From contig CAYHHI010000012.1 of assembly GCA_964356335.1 (NCBI GenBank), forward strand, positions 2,766-66,765: a DNA stretch of 64,000 nucleotides, read 5' to 3'. Shown here piece by piece: positions 63,474-64,000 of this stretch; the first letter of the stretch is position 1, and each line of letters begins with the position of its first letter. A program made the position numbers and the translations under genes. This DNA is from an uncultured bacterium. GTDB lineage: Bacteria; Arandabacterota; Arandabacteria; Arandabacterales; Arandabacteraceae. The notes beneath the pieces are model-generated. The model ran no database searches and had not been told where the DNA came from. It saw only the letters and a program-made list of their open reading frames with translations.

Positions 63474-64000
63474 CTATCTGTGGATGCCCATTATGCCTTT
63501 GGCCTTGCTAACCAGGCGGCCCGCCTCGGCACGGACGATTTCCCGTTCGGAAACGGATAGAATCCATGTCCGGCGGATACAAACATATAGAACTATGCCC
63601 ACGCATGGGGCGGCCAGGGCGGGCGGCAGAAGCAGAATGAACGGCAGAAGACAAACTGTTATGGTTCTCTTGCCCACAGGCAACCCGAACTTGTGACAGA
63701 TGGCGACAACGATACCCCACATGAGGAAATAGGACAGCATCGTAGCAACCGCGGCCCCAACCATGCCGAGCCGGGGAATGAGGGTGAGATTGAGGACGAT
63801 GGTGCATGGCATCGCAACCGAGAATCCTATTGCGGAGATGTATGTCTTTTCGATCAAGGGTGGATAAACGCCAAATAGCCACACCAGTATGGTGAAAAGA
63901 TAGAACACGACTAAGAAGGGGAGCGCCTGAGCACCCGGGACGTAATCTGGGCCGAGCAGCAGCAAGATAAACCACTTTCCGAACACAACCAGAACAAGGC
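63474..64000 (-). CDS. C-terminal part of a polysaccharide/oligosaccharide flippase-like (MOP/Wzx-type) membrane protein, truncated by the window edge
   Basis: Consecutive TM helices, with the reading frame open up to position 64000. The family call rests only on topology and general resemblance. Confidence 0.5.
   Translation of the reverse strand, partial: LVLVVFGKWFILLLLGPDYVPGAQALPFLVVFYLFTILVWLFGVYPPLIEKTYISAIGFSVAMPCTIVLNLTLIPRLGMVGAAVATMLSYFLMWGIVVAICHKFGLPVGKRTITVCLLPFILLLPPALAAPCVGIVLYVCIRRTWILSVSEREIVRAEAGRLVSKAKGIMGIHR

Overview
Moderately GC-rich bacterial chromosomal segment. By inference it comes from an uncultivated diderm of the FCB-like radiation. The basis is two secreted proteins ending in T9SS/FlgD-Ig-type C-terminal sorting domains, a PorV-like outer-membrane barrel, and LptE/LapAB/LpxL-type LPS genes. 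No database search was possible, so all family calls rest on motifs read from the ORF translations. The window has two parts. (i) 1-11.1 kb is mixed-strand and looks accessory. It holds Shine-Dalgarno-led mini-ORFs, a stand-alone Smr protein, a SAM methyltransferase, and a frameshifted tyrosine-recombinase remnant next to a Lys-rich mini-ORF. It also holds a Spy/CpxP-like LTXXQ periplasmic protein, a beta-helix T9SS cargo with near-identical 75-81 bp tandem repeats, an AlkA-like plus YcaQ/AlkZ-like DNA glycosylase pair, an OM barrel and a polytopic membrane protein. (ii) 11.2-64 kb is almost entirely minus-strand (only 47291-47983 is plus) and mostly housekeeping. In order: S9 peptidase, GT4, leuS, trxB, lptE-like, an NtrC-type response regulator with its histidine kinase, UDP-sugar epimerase and dehydrogenase, GAF-GGDEF, apt, acyP. 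Then envelope-glycan genes (methyltransferase, DUF3473-type deacetylase, GT9, surE, GT2, lipid A acyltransferase), a sugar ABC importer without an ATPase, merR, and gpsA-plsY-der-DUF512. Then a LexA-box-controlled lexA-orf84-Y-family polymerase-dnaE2 operon, miaA-mutL-mutS, lapAB, miaB and mtaB. Last come an HgdC-type activase with a homocysteine-type methyltransferase and a corrinoid protein, a PorV-like OMP, DUF885 and a flippase fragment at the window edge. Five singleton tRNAs lie on the minus strand, all with encoded CCA: Arg-CCT, Pro-CGG, Pro-GGG, Gly-CCC, Leu-TAA. No rRNA, CRISPR array or intact mobile element was seen. The most interesting items are the non-canonical SOS mutasome operon with its uncharacterised 84-aa member, the corrinoid/thiol-methyltransferase/archerase-type ATPase module, the recombination-prone Cys/Tyr-ladder beta-helix cargo, and a roughly 50-nt sequence element present twice in the accessory part.
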